Notes: generated from the sequence alone by a model not told the origin. Positions 45,781 through 55,727 are shown, counted from the first letter of the stretch. The stretch is 64,000 bases of DNA from Candidatus Wildermuthbacteria bacterium (GCA_016181405.1 JACOZJ010000003.1:106749-170748), one strand, 5' to 3'. A program made the numbers and translations.

Positions 45781-47124
45781 ATGACTATCACAACCTTATT
45801 AGCGGGGCGGGCGGTGCATGGAGGCGTAAGGAAAAAAATTGTCTATCCATATTCCGGTTCATCGTCCCGTTTTCTGCAATATGCCCGCGATCTTTCTATA
45901 AACCCGTACGAGCGTATAAATGACTTATCGGAGTTCCGATCCAAATTACTTGCCGCGGCCTCCGCGTTCCGCACGCGTTTCAGTGCGGAACAAAATGGGA
46001 TTCTCGACACTGTGGCTCAAGAAACGGGGAGTCCGATTCATTATCATATTGAAGATCTGAGGACTTCTCAAAACTTCCTGGATAAGCTCTCTTATCTGGA
46101 AAAACTTCTGCCAAAGAAATATATTTCGGATCCAAAGGGGAACGTACTTTTGATTCTTTCAGCGAATGAACCTGTTATAGTCACAACCATACTTGTTTTT
46201 TCTTCGCTCTTTGCCGGGAATACGGTGTTTATAAAACCTTCCGCAAAAACGCCCACATACGGTTATTTTTTTGTGAAAGAGTTGGTAAAATTTCCATTCC
46301 TTAAGCAAAGAATACACTATCTTCTCACCGACAAAAAAGAAATCGGCCGCCTTATTAAGACAAAATCTTTCGATTTTGTGCTGTCTTTCGGAAGCCGCAC
46401 AACAAGCAAAAAATTGGCTATCTTATGCGCTCAATCCGAAGTCGAGTTCCTGCAGGAGAGCGAGGGCAACGATTGGGTCTACATTGATAAAACCTGCGAA
46501 TCTCTCGGCGAAATGAGTAAAATAATCGTGGAATCTTTTACCCGCCACAACGGGCAAATGTGCAATTCCGTACGAGGGGTTATGGTGCATTCCTCGCTAT
46601 ACGACGAGCTTGTGGAGCGTTTGAAAAATAGAATTTCCGATTTATCGATGGCATCACCCCAACTTTTAGACTCGCGCGTCGGAGCTCTTATATTGGGAAC
46701 GCCTGCGCGGGCAAAAGCACTTACAGAAGATGCCGCCCAAAGGGCCGAAAATGTATGGAATTTCTCCAGAAACGAAAATGTGATAACTCCGACGCTCATC
46801 CTAAATCCGGACGATGACGCTTTAATAATATCAGAGAGCGTATTCGCTCCAATCCTTTGGGTGAAAAAAGTAAAAAACCACTTTGAAGCACTCTCGTTTT
46901 ATCATAAAAGAAATAAACATGGCCTGGGTTTTTCCATATTCTCTGGTGACAAAAACGTATCAACCTATCTTGCAAACCGCATTCAAGCGGGAAGAATAAA
47001 CATAAACAAATACCCCTTGAGAAATGGCCTTTGGGACCCACTGGGCGGAGTGCGATTAAGCGGCTACGGCGGACCTGGATATTGGGTTGAAAAACTTTCA
47101 AATCGAAAATACATCAAGCGATAA
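45781..47124 (+). CDS. aldehyde dehydrogenase-superfamily protein
   Basis: FGSRTTSKKL, a catalytic-Glu region (QESEGND) and a catalytic-Cys region (NGQMCNSVRG) at ALDH-like spacing. Confidence 0.65.
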   Translation: MTITTLLAGRAVHGGVRKKIVYPYSGSSSRFLQYARDLSINPYERINDLSEFRSKLLAAASAFRTRFSAEQNGILDTVAQETGSPIHYHIEDLRTSQNFLDKLSYLEKLLPKKYISDPKGNVLLILSANEPVIVTTILVFSSLFAGNTVFIKPSAKTPTYGYFFVKELVKFPFLKQRIHYLLTDKKEIGRLIKTKSFDFVLSFGSRTTSKKLAILCAQSEVEFLQESEGNDWVYIDKTCESLGEMSKIIVESFTRHNGQMCNSVRGVMVHSSLYDELVERLKNRISDLSMASPQLLDSRVGALILGTPARAKALTEDAAQRAENVWNFSRNENVITPTLILNPDDDALIISESVFAPILWVKKVKNHFEALSFYHKRNKHGLGFSIFSGDKNVSTYLANRIQAGRININKYPLRNGLWDPLGGVRLSGYGGPGYWVEKLSNRKYIKR

Positions 47125-47184
47125 GTGGCTATAAATTTACTCATTTTTCAATTTCTATCACCACGGTCGGTGAAGGTTTAATCA

Positions 47185-47240
47185 TGCAATCCTAATTAGG
47201 ATTGCAGCATTTGTTTATCAATAAACAAAAATGATATAAT
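47185..47240 (+). promoter_or_regulatory. two perfect palindromes overlapping an extended -10 promoter upstream of the kinase operon
   Basis: TGCAATCCTAATTAGGATTGCA (47185-47206), TTTGTTTATCAATAAACAAA (47210-47229), and TGaTATAAT (47232-47240). Confidence 0.45.
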
Positions 47241-47304
47241 AATGTTTATGTGAGCTATACTAAGGCGCAATTATATAAGCTTTTAATAAACCGCGCTCAG
47301 TATT

Positions 47305-49437
47305 ATGTTTTTTCGCAGTTTTAAGAAAGAGCTAACGGTGTATGCGCTAGGGCTTGTGTTTGTAACCATAAGCTTAACGACCGCTATTAGTATCTTTTCC
47401 ACAAAAACCGCTGGGGACGATGCGGCAAAAGCGACGAGCGAAGTATTGAGGGCACAAGCAGAAGAATTACTTATTCAGGTCGCAACATCCGCAGCGCAAC
47501 AGCAAGATCTTGTGTTTGAACAGATTAGAAATGATACCGAAAATCTCGCCTTTTATACAAGCAATATATACGAGAACCCGTCTGTTTTTTTAACAAAAGG
47601 TTACTGGGATTTCGATACTCGCGTTATTCGTAAAGATGGACGTTACATAAACAGCCCGTCTGATATATCAACATTTCATATTCCCTCATTTGTTATTCTT
47701 GATGAAGCCGAGAGAGAAAACATAGAGCTTGCCGCGGTTCTTGATTTTATTGTTCCAAGCATACTGGACAATCGCGAAAATATCGCCGCAATCTATTCGA
47801 TAGATAACGAAGGTGTAACTCGTTACCTTCCGAATATCGTGCTCGGAGAGCTTGGGCCTCCCGACTATGACCCGAGAGAGGATATTTACTATTCGCCGGC
47901 AATCCCGGCAAACAATCCCGAAAGAAAAGTAATATGGTCTCCATTGTATGATGATGCGGCAGGTCGCGGTCTTATGATTACTGTTACCGCGCCGGTGTAT
48001 ACCCAAGACGAGTTTATGGGTATTGTCGCTACGGACGTGTTGCTTGAGAACATCATTAATACCATTACCGCGTATAGTCCCATAGAGGACTCTTATGCTT
48101 TTTTGATAGATAAGAAAGGGATTACAATCGCCTTCCCCGATAAAGCCTATGAGGATATCCTGGGAAGGCCGCACGCTCCTCAAGAAGGCAGGATAAATCT
48201 TTTCGATCAGGATCTATCTAAAGAATTTGCCGCGTCCCTAAAAACTATGAGCGGCGGCGCAACCGGATTTAGCGTTCTCCACAACGGAGAAAAGGGGAAT
48301 TTATTCCTAGCATACGCGCCCCTCGAACAAACGGGATTCAGCATGGGCATTGTTGCTGAAGAAGAGATTGTTCTGAAGGCGGTGGCAACGCTTCATGAAG
48401 AAATATCGAGCTCCATCCGCAGCACGATCATAAATTTGATTCTTCCAACGAGCTTATTTATCATATCTGCCGCGATTCTAATCGGCATTTTTATGTCCAA
48501 TCAAGTGGTGAAACCAATACAAAAGTTGATGGAGGGTGCACGAGAGATAGGAAGGGGTAATTTGGATTATCGTATAAAAATCAAAAGCAGAAATGAAATC
48601 GGTGAGCTCGCGTCATCTTTTAACCGCATGGGCAGCTCGCTTAAAAAATCGAGGCAGGAATTATACGAGTATAGCCAAAGTCTAGAGGAACAGGTCAAAG
48701 AAAGAACAAATGAGCTAACTTCCGCGAATTCCCGACTCCGCGAGCTGGATGCGGCAAAGTCAGAATTTATTTCCATAGCGTCACATCAGCTGCGCACGCC
48801 GCTTACTGCAGCAAAAGGATATCTGTCGCTCGCGCTAGAAGGAACATACGGAAAGCTTGCAGAGAAAGTGAGAAAACCGATGTCCAAGGTATACGAATCC
48901 AATGAGCGGCTCATTCGCCTGGTAAACGATCTTTTGAGTTTGTCGCGCATTGAATCTGGTAAAATGAAACTTGAGCCCGTAGATACGAATATCGAAGAAA
49001 TGATCGCAAGCATCGTTGACGAACTCAAAGTAAAGGCGACACAGAAAAATCTGGAACTTATTTTTCAAAAGCCAAAACCTGCTTTGCCGATACTTCGGGT
49101 TGATTCAGAAAAAGTGCGCAACGCGGTTTTGAATATTATTGACAATTCTATTCGTTATACAAACACTGGATCTATTACAGTACACGCAGTGCAACTCGAG
49201 AATGCAATACGCATTACGATTACCGATACCGGAGAGGGGATGACAAAAGAAGAAATCGGCAAACTTTTTGAAAGCTTTTCGCGCGGCCAGGCGGGAGCAA
49301 AACTTTCCACGGAAGGCGCAGGCCTTGGCTTGTATATCGCCAAACAATTTGTCCAAATGCACAAAGGTAAAATCTGGGCCGAGTCAGAAGGCAAAGGGAA
49401 AGGATCTACCTTCCATATCGAACTCCCGGTAAGATAA
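47305..49437 (+). CDS. sensor histidine kinase with an extracytoplasmic Cache-like domain and HAMP
   Basis: Two TM segments flank a ~330-aa ectodomain. HAMP (PIQKLMEGAREIGRGNLDYRI), H-box SHQLRTPLT, and N/G boxes (DNSIRYT, DTGEGM, GAGLGL). Confidence 0.85.
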   Translation: MFFRSFKKELTVYALGLVFVTISLTTAISIFSTKTAGDDAAKATSEVLRAQAEELLIQVATSAAQQQDLVFEQIRNDTENLAFYTSNIYENPSVFLTKGYWDFDTRVIRKDGRYINSPSDISTFHIPSFVILDEAERENIELAAVLDFIVPSILDNRENIAAIYSIDNEGVTRYLPNIVLGELGPPDYDPREDIYYSPAIPANNPERKVIWSPLYDDAAGRGLMITVTAPVYTQDEFMGIVATDVLLENIINTITAYSPIEDSYAFLIDKKGITIAFPDKAYEDILGRPHAPQEGRINLFDQDLSKEFAASLKTMSGGATGFSVLHNGEKGNLFLAYAPLEQTGFSMGIVAEEEIVLKAVATLHEEISSSIRSTIINLILPTSLFIISAAILIGIFMSNQVVKPIQKLMEGAREIGRGNLDYRIKIKSRNEIGELASSFNRMGSSLKKSRQELYEYSQSLEEQVKERTNELTSANSRLRELDAAKSEFISIASHQLRTPLTAAKGYLSLALEGTYGKLAEKVRKPMSKVYESNERLIRLVNDLLSLSRIESGKMKLEPVDTNIEEMIASIVDELKVKATQKNLELIFQKPKPALPILRVDSEKVRNAVLNIIDNSIRYTNTGSITVHAVQLENAIRITITDTGEGMTKEEIGKLFESFSRGQAGAKLSTEGAGLGLYIAKQFVQMHKGKIWAESEGKGKGSTFHIELPVR

Positions 49438-49438
49438 C

Positions 49439-51064
49439 ATGGAGAACTTTTCACTTGATTTTGCTCAAATACGATTCTTCACATTTATTGTTGCGCTCCT
49501 TATAAATTTTGGTCTAGCACTGCTTCTTTTGCGATACAGCCGTCAGAGCATACCTCACCGATTTTTTCTAATCTTTCTTGCCACTCAAACACTTTGGCTA
49601 ATAATAATGTATTTATCCTTACAGGCGTCGAAGGATTATCTTTTATTGATGGCCAGAATATCGCTATTTTTTGGATCCTTTCATGCGCTATTCCTATTTC
49701 TTTTCGTTTATATCCTCTGGAAACATAAAATTTCCAAACACTTTTTGGTTTGCTTATTGGTTACCACAACATTAGTTGCTGGGTTTGCCCTTTCTCCCTT
49801 TGTTTTCTCGCATCTCGAATTTAATAGCGCAAACGAGCTTGCGCCAAAGGCAGCTTTTGGAATAATTGTTTTTGCGCTCTTTACTGGATTTTGCGTCTTC
49901 GGAGCATCTTATGTCCTTATCAAACAGTATCTTTCTTCGCGAGGCTTAGAAAAAACTCACTGGGGGTACCTAGCAATAGGGATGACCCTAACTTACTCCC
50001 TCGTAATGTTTTTTGATGTTCTCTATTACAACACAACCGGAAACCTCAACGTCATCCGTCTAAATCACCTGTACGTTTTACCATTTCTCCTTTCTGCAAG
50101 TTACGTTCTTTTACGCCATCACTTCCTCCACATTAAGGTATTGGCAGCTGAACTCTTTGCATTTCTCATCATCGGCGTCTCGATAGTGCAACTTACGTTT
50201 GTGCGCACGGTCACGGAACTTCTTTTTAGCGCAACTCTTTTTATTCTCCTTGTGATTTTTTCGATGCTTCTGATACGCAGTATGAACAAGGAAGTGCAGC
50301 ATCGGGCGCAGGAAGCGGCGTACGAAGAACTACAGAAGCTGGACGAGGCGAAGTCAGAATTTATTACGATTGCATCGCACCAGTTGCGCACACCCTTGAG
50401 CGGACTCAAAGGGTATATTTCCATGGCGCAAGAGGGAAGCTATGGAAAACCGCCCGCCAAAATGCAAAAAACGCTCGGCAATATGGCCCAAGCAACCGAA
50501 CGCTTAATTTCGCTCGCGGACAGCTTTTTGAACGTGTCCCGGATGCGGAGCGGAAAGATTGAGTTGAATCGTCAGGAAACTGATATGAAAACTTTTGTTG
50601 GTGCAATTGTTGAGGAAATGAGACCAGCTGCTGAAAAGAAGGGATTAAATCTTATGTGGAAAATGCCCACGGAAAATCTGCCTCACGTTTCCATTGACCA
50701 AGACAAAATCCGCACGGTACTCTCGGGAGTTTTGGACAACGCGATTCGATACACAGAAAAAGGAAGCATAACAATACAAATCAAAGAGCAAAAAACCCGC
50801 CTTCGCCTTGGCGAAGGCGGACAAAGTAGGGAAGTGCTCATCTCGGTTGCCGACACCGGGAAGGGCTTAACAAAAGAGGAGATAAAGGATATATTTACCA
50901 GCTTCAAGCGCGGCAAAACCGCGCAAGCTCTCTGGACCGAAGGCGTAGGCCTTTCGCTCTACATTGCAAAACAGCTCGTGGAAGCTCACGGCGACAGAAT
51001 TTGGGCAGAGTCCAAGGGACCCGGGAGGGGAAGTACCTTTTACATCAATCTCCCTCTTGTCTAG
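49439..51064 (+). CDS. sensor histidine kinase with a multi-TM N-terminal sensor domain
   Basis: About 7 TM segments, then H-box SHQLRTPLS, DNAIRYT, DTGKGL and GVGLSL. It starts 1 nt after the upstream kinase's stop codon. Confidence 0.85.
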   Translation: MENFSLDFAQIRFFTFIVALLINFGLALLLLRYSRQSIPHRFFLIFLATQTLWLIIMYLSLQASKDYLLLMARISLFFGSFHALFLFLFVYILWKHKISKHFLVCLLVTTTLVAGFALSPFVFSHLEFNSANELAPKAAFGIIVFALFTGFCVFGASYVLIKQYLSSRGLEKTHWGYLAIGMTLTYSLVMFFDVLYYNTTGNLNVIRLNHLYVLPFLLSASYVLLRHHFLHIKVLAAELFAFLIIGVSIVQLTFVRTVTELLFSATLFILLVIFSMLLIRSMNKEVQHRAQEAAYEELQKLDEAKSEFITIASHQLRTPLSGLKGYISMAQEGSYGKPPAKMQKTLGNMAQATERLISLADSFLNVSRMRSGKIELNRQETDMKTFVGAIVEEMRPAAEKKGLNLMWKMPTENLPHVSIDQDKIRTVLSGVLDNAIRYTEKGSITIQIKEQKTRLRLGEGGQSREVLISVADTGKGLTKEEIKDIFTSFKRGKTAQALWTEGVGLSLYIAKQLVEAHGDRIWAESKGPGRGSTFYINLPLV

Positions 51065-51102
51065 CGCTACCAACATCGGTAGCGCTTTATTTTCTTCTTT
51101 TT
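51063..51102 (+). terminator. rho-independent terminator
   Basis: AGCGCTACC aacat CGGTAGCGCT hairpin followed by TTATTTTCTTCTTTTT. Confidence 0.8.
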
Positions 51103-51240
51103 GGAAACAAACTGTCTATAACTGTTGACAGACATACGTGCTTTCTCTATCCTAAAAGTAGTACTCTGAAAAGAAAGGAGAAAAGAGTGTTAGCATAGCT
51201 ATACATATCACAGACCTACCCGGACAAGAAGGAGGAATCC

Positions 51241-53010
51241 ATGGCAGCTCGACTGTGGACCTACGGTGTTCTGGCAACGGTTTCCCTGCTTCTGCTCGTT
51301 CTGGCAGCGTGCAACGTTACTGCGGCAGGCTACCGCACTCGCGAACCTACAGCAACGCGCGAACCCACCCCAACCCGGGAATCACGCGCAACCGCCACTC
51401 CAACCCCTACCGCAACCTTCGTGCCAACGAATACACCACTGTCAACCGCCACACCGATTGCTACACCGACTCCCACACCGGTACCGCCAACTTCCACCCC
51501 TACTGCCACTCCACGGCCTACAGCTACTCCAACACCCACGAGAACTCCGGTACCGACTCCTACTCCAACGCCCATCCCACCGACTCCAACCCCTACTGCA
51601 GCTCCCACATCTACCCCTACGCCTACCCCGTCACTCCCGGAGATCCTCGTCCCCGAAGAAAACCAGGTGTTTTTCGCCTACATCGGGGAGGCGTTCTACC
51701 TGCGAACCCAGACAGAACCCTACCCAAAGCAACTCTGGTATTTCCTGCAGACCTGGGCTGAAGGGATGACCATAGACAGCAATGGAATGTTCTACTGGTT
51801 CCCTGACGGCAGGTATGCAGACCGCATAGGGCGGAGATTCGAGGTTGTGTTCTACATCACGGACGAGGCGCCTGGATCCGGATCTAGCAGGCAAAAGTAC
51901 CGCAGGTTCTACATCGACCTGCTCCAGAGAGACGACACCCCTCCCGCACCAACGGCGACACCGACGCCAACGCCTGACCCGTGCTCCACGACATCAACCC
52001 AACAAGGAAACAGCAACCTCCTTGTCGGTATGCTGGGGTTCTTCGGGCTCGTGAAAACAGCTCACGCGCAGGGGCAGTGCCAAGAACCAACAGCTTCTAT
52101 CGACCTGCTGTATGAATGCATCGGGGGAAGCTCCAGCTGGCTCGGTTCTGCGATGAGTGGACCATACAGCACGAACAACGGACCGAGGCAGGATTTCCAG
52201 CATGGGTTCGTCGCGACAGGACCGAAAGGTTTTCGTGCCTACAGCAACAGAGGGGGAGTGGACGCAGATCTTCCTCCCGATATTCCCAGATGTGTTCAGG
52301 GGCTCACTCCACAAGAGAAACGCATTGCCAACACGTACAACAAGATTGGTGGGCAACTCAAAGCTTGGAGCGATGCGAACAACCTCGAGGTAGAGGTTCC
52401 TCTGGCAGTCTGGGATGTTGAGACTGGCCTCTTCGGAGGAGGCTACGGGTCTGATGGGCGAGTTACCATCAGGTTCGAGAACCACGTGCTGTGGGATCTG
52501 TGGGGAACGAGTAACCAATCCAAGTTCAACGAACACTTTCAGTTCAACAATACTGGAGACGGCAGGGGTCGCGACAAAGACCACTACATCCGCGGTTCTG
52601 TATCCTGCCCGGGGCCAACGGATTGGACGCTCCTGCATCCATATGGGGATGTACGCGACCAATCTCTTCAGTATCAAGCTCTGGCACTCGCTCGTTGCAC
52701 TGCCGGAGACTGGTATGCATACCAACCAATGAGCATGGGTGGGCCGCAGATCATGGGCAATGAGTACTGGCGCTTGGGAGGTGGATACCGAGACGCAAAG
52801 GAAATGTTCGACTACTTCCAGGCTTTCGAGCACTACCAGGTGATTGGCTTCTTCGACTTCTCGAGGAACAAAGGGGTACTCCAGTACGTTGAAAAATCGA
52901 GGACCACCAAAGACTGGACCAACTTCGCCAAGTTCTACAATGGCGTAACTACGCGAGGTCCAGAATATCAAGCTGCTTACAATGTAGCGAAACAACTGTC
53001 GCTGCCGTAA
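51241..53010 (+). CDS. lipoprotein with PT linkers, an Ig-like module, an LGFP-like repeat and a C-terminal DUF3380-type N-acetylmuramidase domain
   Basis: SD GAAGGAGGAATCC precedes the ATG. Lipobox LLVLAAC. About 100 aa of PT linker. WAEGMTIDSNGMFYWFPDG (putative-Ig pattern). WLGSAMSGPYSTNNGPRQDFQHGFV (LGFP-like). C-terminal AVWDVETG...RFENHV...SMGGPQIMG...DWTNFAKFYNG pattern of the DUF3380 muramidase family. Confidence 0.7.
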   Translation: MAARLWTYGVLATVSLLLLVLAACNVTAAGYRTREPTATREPTPTRESRATATPTPTATFVPTNTPLSTATPIATPTPTPVPPTSTPTATPRPTATPTPTRTPVPTPTPTPIPPTPTPTAAPTSTPTPTPSLPEILVPEENQVFFAYIGEAFYLRTQTEPYPKQLWYFLQTWAEGMTIDSNGMFYWFPDGRYADRIGRRFEVVFYITDEAPGSGSSRQKYRRFYIDLLQRDDTPPAPTATPTPTPDPCSTTSTQQGNSNLLVGMLGFFGLVKTAHAQGQCQEPTASIDLLYECIGGSSSWLGSAMSGPYSTNNGPRQDFQHGFVATGPKGFRAYSNRGGVDADLPPDIPRCVQGLTPQEKRIANTYNKIGGQLKAWSDANNLEVEVPLAVWDVETGLFGGGYGSDGRVTIRFENHVLWDLWGTSNQSKFNEHFQFNNTGDGRGRDKDHYIRGSVSCPGPTDWTLLHPYGDVRDQSLQYQALALARCTAGDWYAYQPMSMGGPQIMGNEYWRLGGGYRDAKEMFDYFQAFEHYQVIGFFDFSRNKGVLQYVEKSRTTKDWTNFAKFYNGVTTRGPEYQAAYNVAKQLSLP

Positions 53011-53023
53011 GTGGCAAAAACAA

Positions 53024-53057
53024 AGGGGGCGATCTTCCGACCGCCCCCTATTTTTAT
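53024..53057. terminator. bidirectional rho-independent terminator
   Basis: AGGGGGCG (53024-53031) pairs with CGCCCCCT (53042-53049), flanked by an A-run upstream and TTTTTATT downstream, between convergent genes. Confidence 0.75.
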
Positions 53058-54217
53058 TGCGCAAGATCTATACTCCAGACTTCAGTAAAGTTGTTTATGA
53101 ATAGGATTCTTCTCCCGTCTGGACTCCAAGCTAGGGGGCCAGTGGGACCACGTTTAAGAGGTTCAACAAGTTGCATTCTATTTGAGCCATCACTATTCAT
53201 GATCCAGAGGCCTCCACCTAAGTATGCAATCTTTATGCCGTCTGGACTGAAAGTGGGGCTTGCTCCTTCAGCGATCTTTTGAAACTCCTTATCCTCTGGT
53301 TTGCCAAACCATATTTCCCCACTCTCCTCGAACATCACCTCGCTTCTCTGAGGACTCCACGAATAGACCCCAATAGATCGGGGATACTCAAGATCTGTTA
53401 TCTGCTTCTGTTCAGATCCTCCCGCTTTCATTACCCAAAGATCATACACCGCCGACGATGTATGAGGCAGTTCGCTTTCGGTTGCCAGATAAAGAATTAT
53501 TTTCCCATCAGGACTAAATTGAGGAGCTCCTTTGTTTAGTGAGTCATTGGTAAGTTTTCTTTGATTGTTTCCGTCCTTATCCATTATCCATATCTGCAAA
53601 GGGTCAAAAGGATTATTGAAAGACGCTCCCATCGCAAATATGATTTCCTTACCATCAGGACTCCACGCAGGAGATCCCGCTATAGTATTGGAAGCAGTAA
53701 GCCGCTTTGCGCCACTGCCATCCGCATTCATAATCCAAATTCCCGATTTCAGAACAGGTTTTCCGTCCTCAATCATTCCTTCTATTGCTTCGCCCCCATC
53801 AGGAGATGTATACGCGAGCATTTTACCGTCGGGACTCCATATCGGAGACAAAGAATAAGTATTTGGTGCGTATGCTCCTTGGTCTGGAGAAATAAAAGAA
53901 TAGATAGATATGCCATATGCACCTCCACCTCCTGTCGTATATGCAAGCATACTTCCATCTGGACTCCACAATAGTGTATCCACCCCATATCGACCACCGG
54001 CATCAAAGAGTTTCTGCGCCTCAAGCCCTGGACCATCCATTGAAGGCTGCAAGGATGAACTCGGGATCAGCTGCGGTTCGGAATTTTGGTTCAACAGGAA
54101 AGCGGCGCCAATAACGACAATCAGTGCGACTGCGACAATAGAGAAGGGGAGTATGAATTTGCCAGAGTATATTTTGTCCATTAAGTCCACAATATACCGC
54201 GAGAGGGAAATAGTCAA
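53054..54217 (-). CDS. membrane-anchored TolB-like beta-propeller (PD40/WD40-like repeat) protein
   Basis: TM anchor followed by repeated W/FSPDG motifs (WSPDGSMLAY, WSPDGKMLAY, WSPDGKEIIF, FSPDGKIILY, FSPDGIKIAY, WSPDGRRILF). The start could instead be the Met 12 codons downstream. Confidence 0.7.
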   Translation of the reverse strand: MTISLSRYIVDLMDKIYSGKFILPFSIVAVALIVVIGAAFLLNQNSEPQLIPSSSLQPSMDGPGLEAQKLFDAGGRYGVDTLLWSPDGSMLAYTTGGGGAYGISIYSFISPDQGAYAPNTYSLSPIWSPDGKMLAYTSPDGGEAIEGMIEDGKPVLKSGIWIMNADGSGAKRLTASNTIAGSPAWSPDGKEIIFAMGASFNNPFDPLQIWIMDKDGNNQRKLTNDSLNKGAPQFSPDGKIILYLATESELPHTSSAVYDLWVMKAGGSEQKQITDLEYPRSIGVYSWSPQRSEVMFEESGEIWFGKPEDKEFQKIAEGASPTFSPDGIKIAYLGGGLWIMNSDGSNRMQLVEPLKRGPTGPLAWSPDGRRILFINNFTEVWSIDLAQ

Positions 54218-54375
54218 CTATGGCCGACACCAAAAATCCGCTCCGATCTTAACTGTTCGTAATCTATAACAGAAGTACCAATTTACTTTTCTATAGTGGA
54301 TAAGTTTTGTTGGCGCTTATTGACAGAGTTGCGTGATTTGCTCTACTTTGGAAGTAAGATAAACGAGGTGCGACG

Positions 54376-54618
54376 ATGAACGATCTCAACGAAGTTGTCT
54401 CGAAAAACTGCCGGGTCAGAATAAGCGGAGAAAACAATGAGAGGTGGCTCTGTTATGAAGGCGTGCCTCCCAAGCCGGGCGACAGCACAATGACACTGGT
54501 TTCCCCGTTAGGGAAAGCTCTTTTGGGCAAGCGGGTGGGTGATAGAGTAACGGTTAACCTCCCTCTCGCGACAAGAACAGTGACCATTGAAGAAATTGAA
54601 GACCAAAGTACGGCCTAG
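54376..54618 (+). CDS. GreA/GreB C-terminal-domain-only protein
   Basis: 80 aa. LVSPLGKALLGKRVGDRVTVNLP...VTIEEIE matches the Gre-factor C-terminal FKBP-like domain, and no coiled-coil N-domain is present. Confidence 0.6.
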   Translation: MNDLNEVVSKNCRVRISGENNERWLCYEGVPPKPGDSTMTLVSPLGKALLGKRVGDRVTVNLPLATRTVTIEEIEDQSTA

Positions 54619-54667
54619 ATGATTTAATCGTCGGGGCCGCTTTTTTTGGTTGAGAAAACTCCGCGTT

Positions 54668-55396
54668 CTATGCGCCCCGCTCCCACAGAGCGCGAAACAG
54701 AGATTTGAGGAGCTCGACAACGAGCTGATTTTCAATAAGATAACCCTTAAAACTCTCTGCGGGGAAGAATACCGCATGGTCGAATATAATAAGCGTACCC
54801 GGCACAAGATGCGCAGAGGAAAAAACTTTCCGCATGCCGTAGACGAGGGAAGCATCAATTTTCTCCGCGCACAACTCCTTCGCTTCGATTTTGCCGCGGC
54901 GAGTTTTGATTTGCTTGTAGATTTCTTCTCGCCGCTGCATTTCTTTTTTGTCGGCACGCGATGCGAATACCAAAATTTCGGGAGTCGAAGAAAACGAAAT
55001 TTTTTCCTCAAGCATCTTCATACCTTCTTCTCCGTGGAACACGCTAATGCCGCCCCGTTCGCCAGAGTAGTATTTTGATTCCAGCGCGGCAATAACGCGG
55101 ATAAACTCGCGTTCCTTTTCCTCAAGCTCACGCCGCTGCACGCGCAACAGCTGAAGAATTTTTTCTGGTGATTGGGCTTCAAAAAGGCGTTTTGTACCCT
55201 TACTAGTTTCTGAAAACAACCCTTTTGCTTTAAGGGACTTAATAATCTCGTACGTTGTGGGCCGAACCACGCCCGCTTTTTTGGCAATATCCTGAACCGG
55301 TGTCGGCCCCAATTCCAACCCAGCGAGGTACACCTTAACCTCTTTATCCTTCAATCCCAGCTTCCGTAATTCAAGGGGAATGAAATTGTCTTCCAT
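54668..55396 (-). CDS. TrmB-family transcriptional regulator
   Basis: N-terminal wHTH: LGLKDKEVKVYLAGLELGPTPVQDIAKKAGVVRPTTYEIIKSLKAKGL. Confidence 0.7.
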   Translation of the reverse strand: MEDNFIPLELRKLGLKDKEVKVYLAGLELGPTPVQDIAKKAGVVRPTTYEIIKSLKAKGLFSETSKGTKRLFEAQSPEKILQLLRVQRRELEEKEREFIRVIAALESKYYSGERGGISVFHGEEGMKMLEEKISFSSTPEILVFASRADKKEMQRREEIYKQIKTRRGKIEAKELCAEKIDASLVYGMRKVFSSAHLVPGTLIIFDHAVFFPAESFKGYLIENQLVVELLKSLFRALWERGA

Positions 55397-55436
55397 AGAA
55401 AATAGTATACCACAAAAAATTACTCAAAAAAGGGTG

Positions 55437-55727
55437 TCAACCTCCACTTTTTTTGAAATTGCGATACACAATAGCTGGAAACAATAGTAAACCAAAAGCT
55501 AGTGCAATAATTCCTGCGGGGATGAGAAGAAGTGAAAAATTAAATCCATCAAATACTCCCACGAGATGTGCAATAAAAATGAGTTCAGGGATGAGTAGAA
55601 GAAATAAAAGATATATCCCACCTTCCCGCTCTGGTATGAGGTAAAATATAAATGTTAGAAACAAACTAAACCCTATGCTAAAACCGATAAATATCCCTGT
55701 TTCGATTGTGTTGAGTATTGTTTCCAT
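55437..55727 (-). CDS. small polytopic membrane protein
   Basis: 96 aa with three hydrophobic segments. Confidence 0.45.
   Translation of the reverse strand: METILNTIETGIFIGFSIGFSLFLTFIFYLIPEREGGIYLLFLLLIPELIFIAHLVGVFDGFNFSLLLIPAGIIALAFGLLLFPAIVYRNFKKSGG

Noticed and set aside
51994-53064. 356-aa minus-strand ORF antisense to the muramidase gene
   Set aside because: Same reasoning. The plus-strand frame carries recognisable LGFP-like and DUF3380-like motifs, and the antisense product has none.
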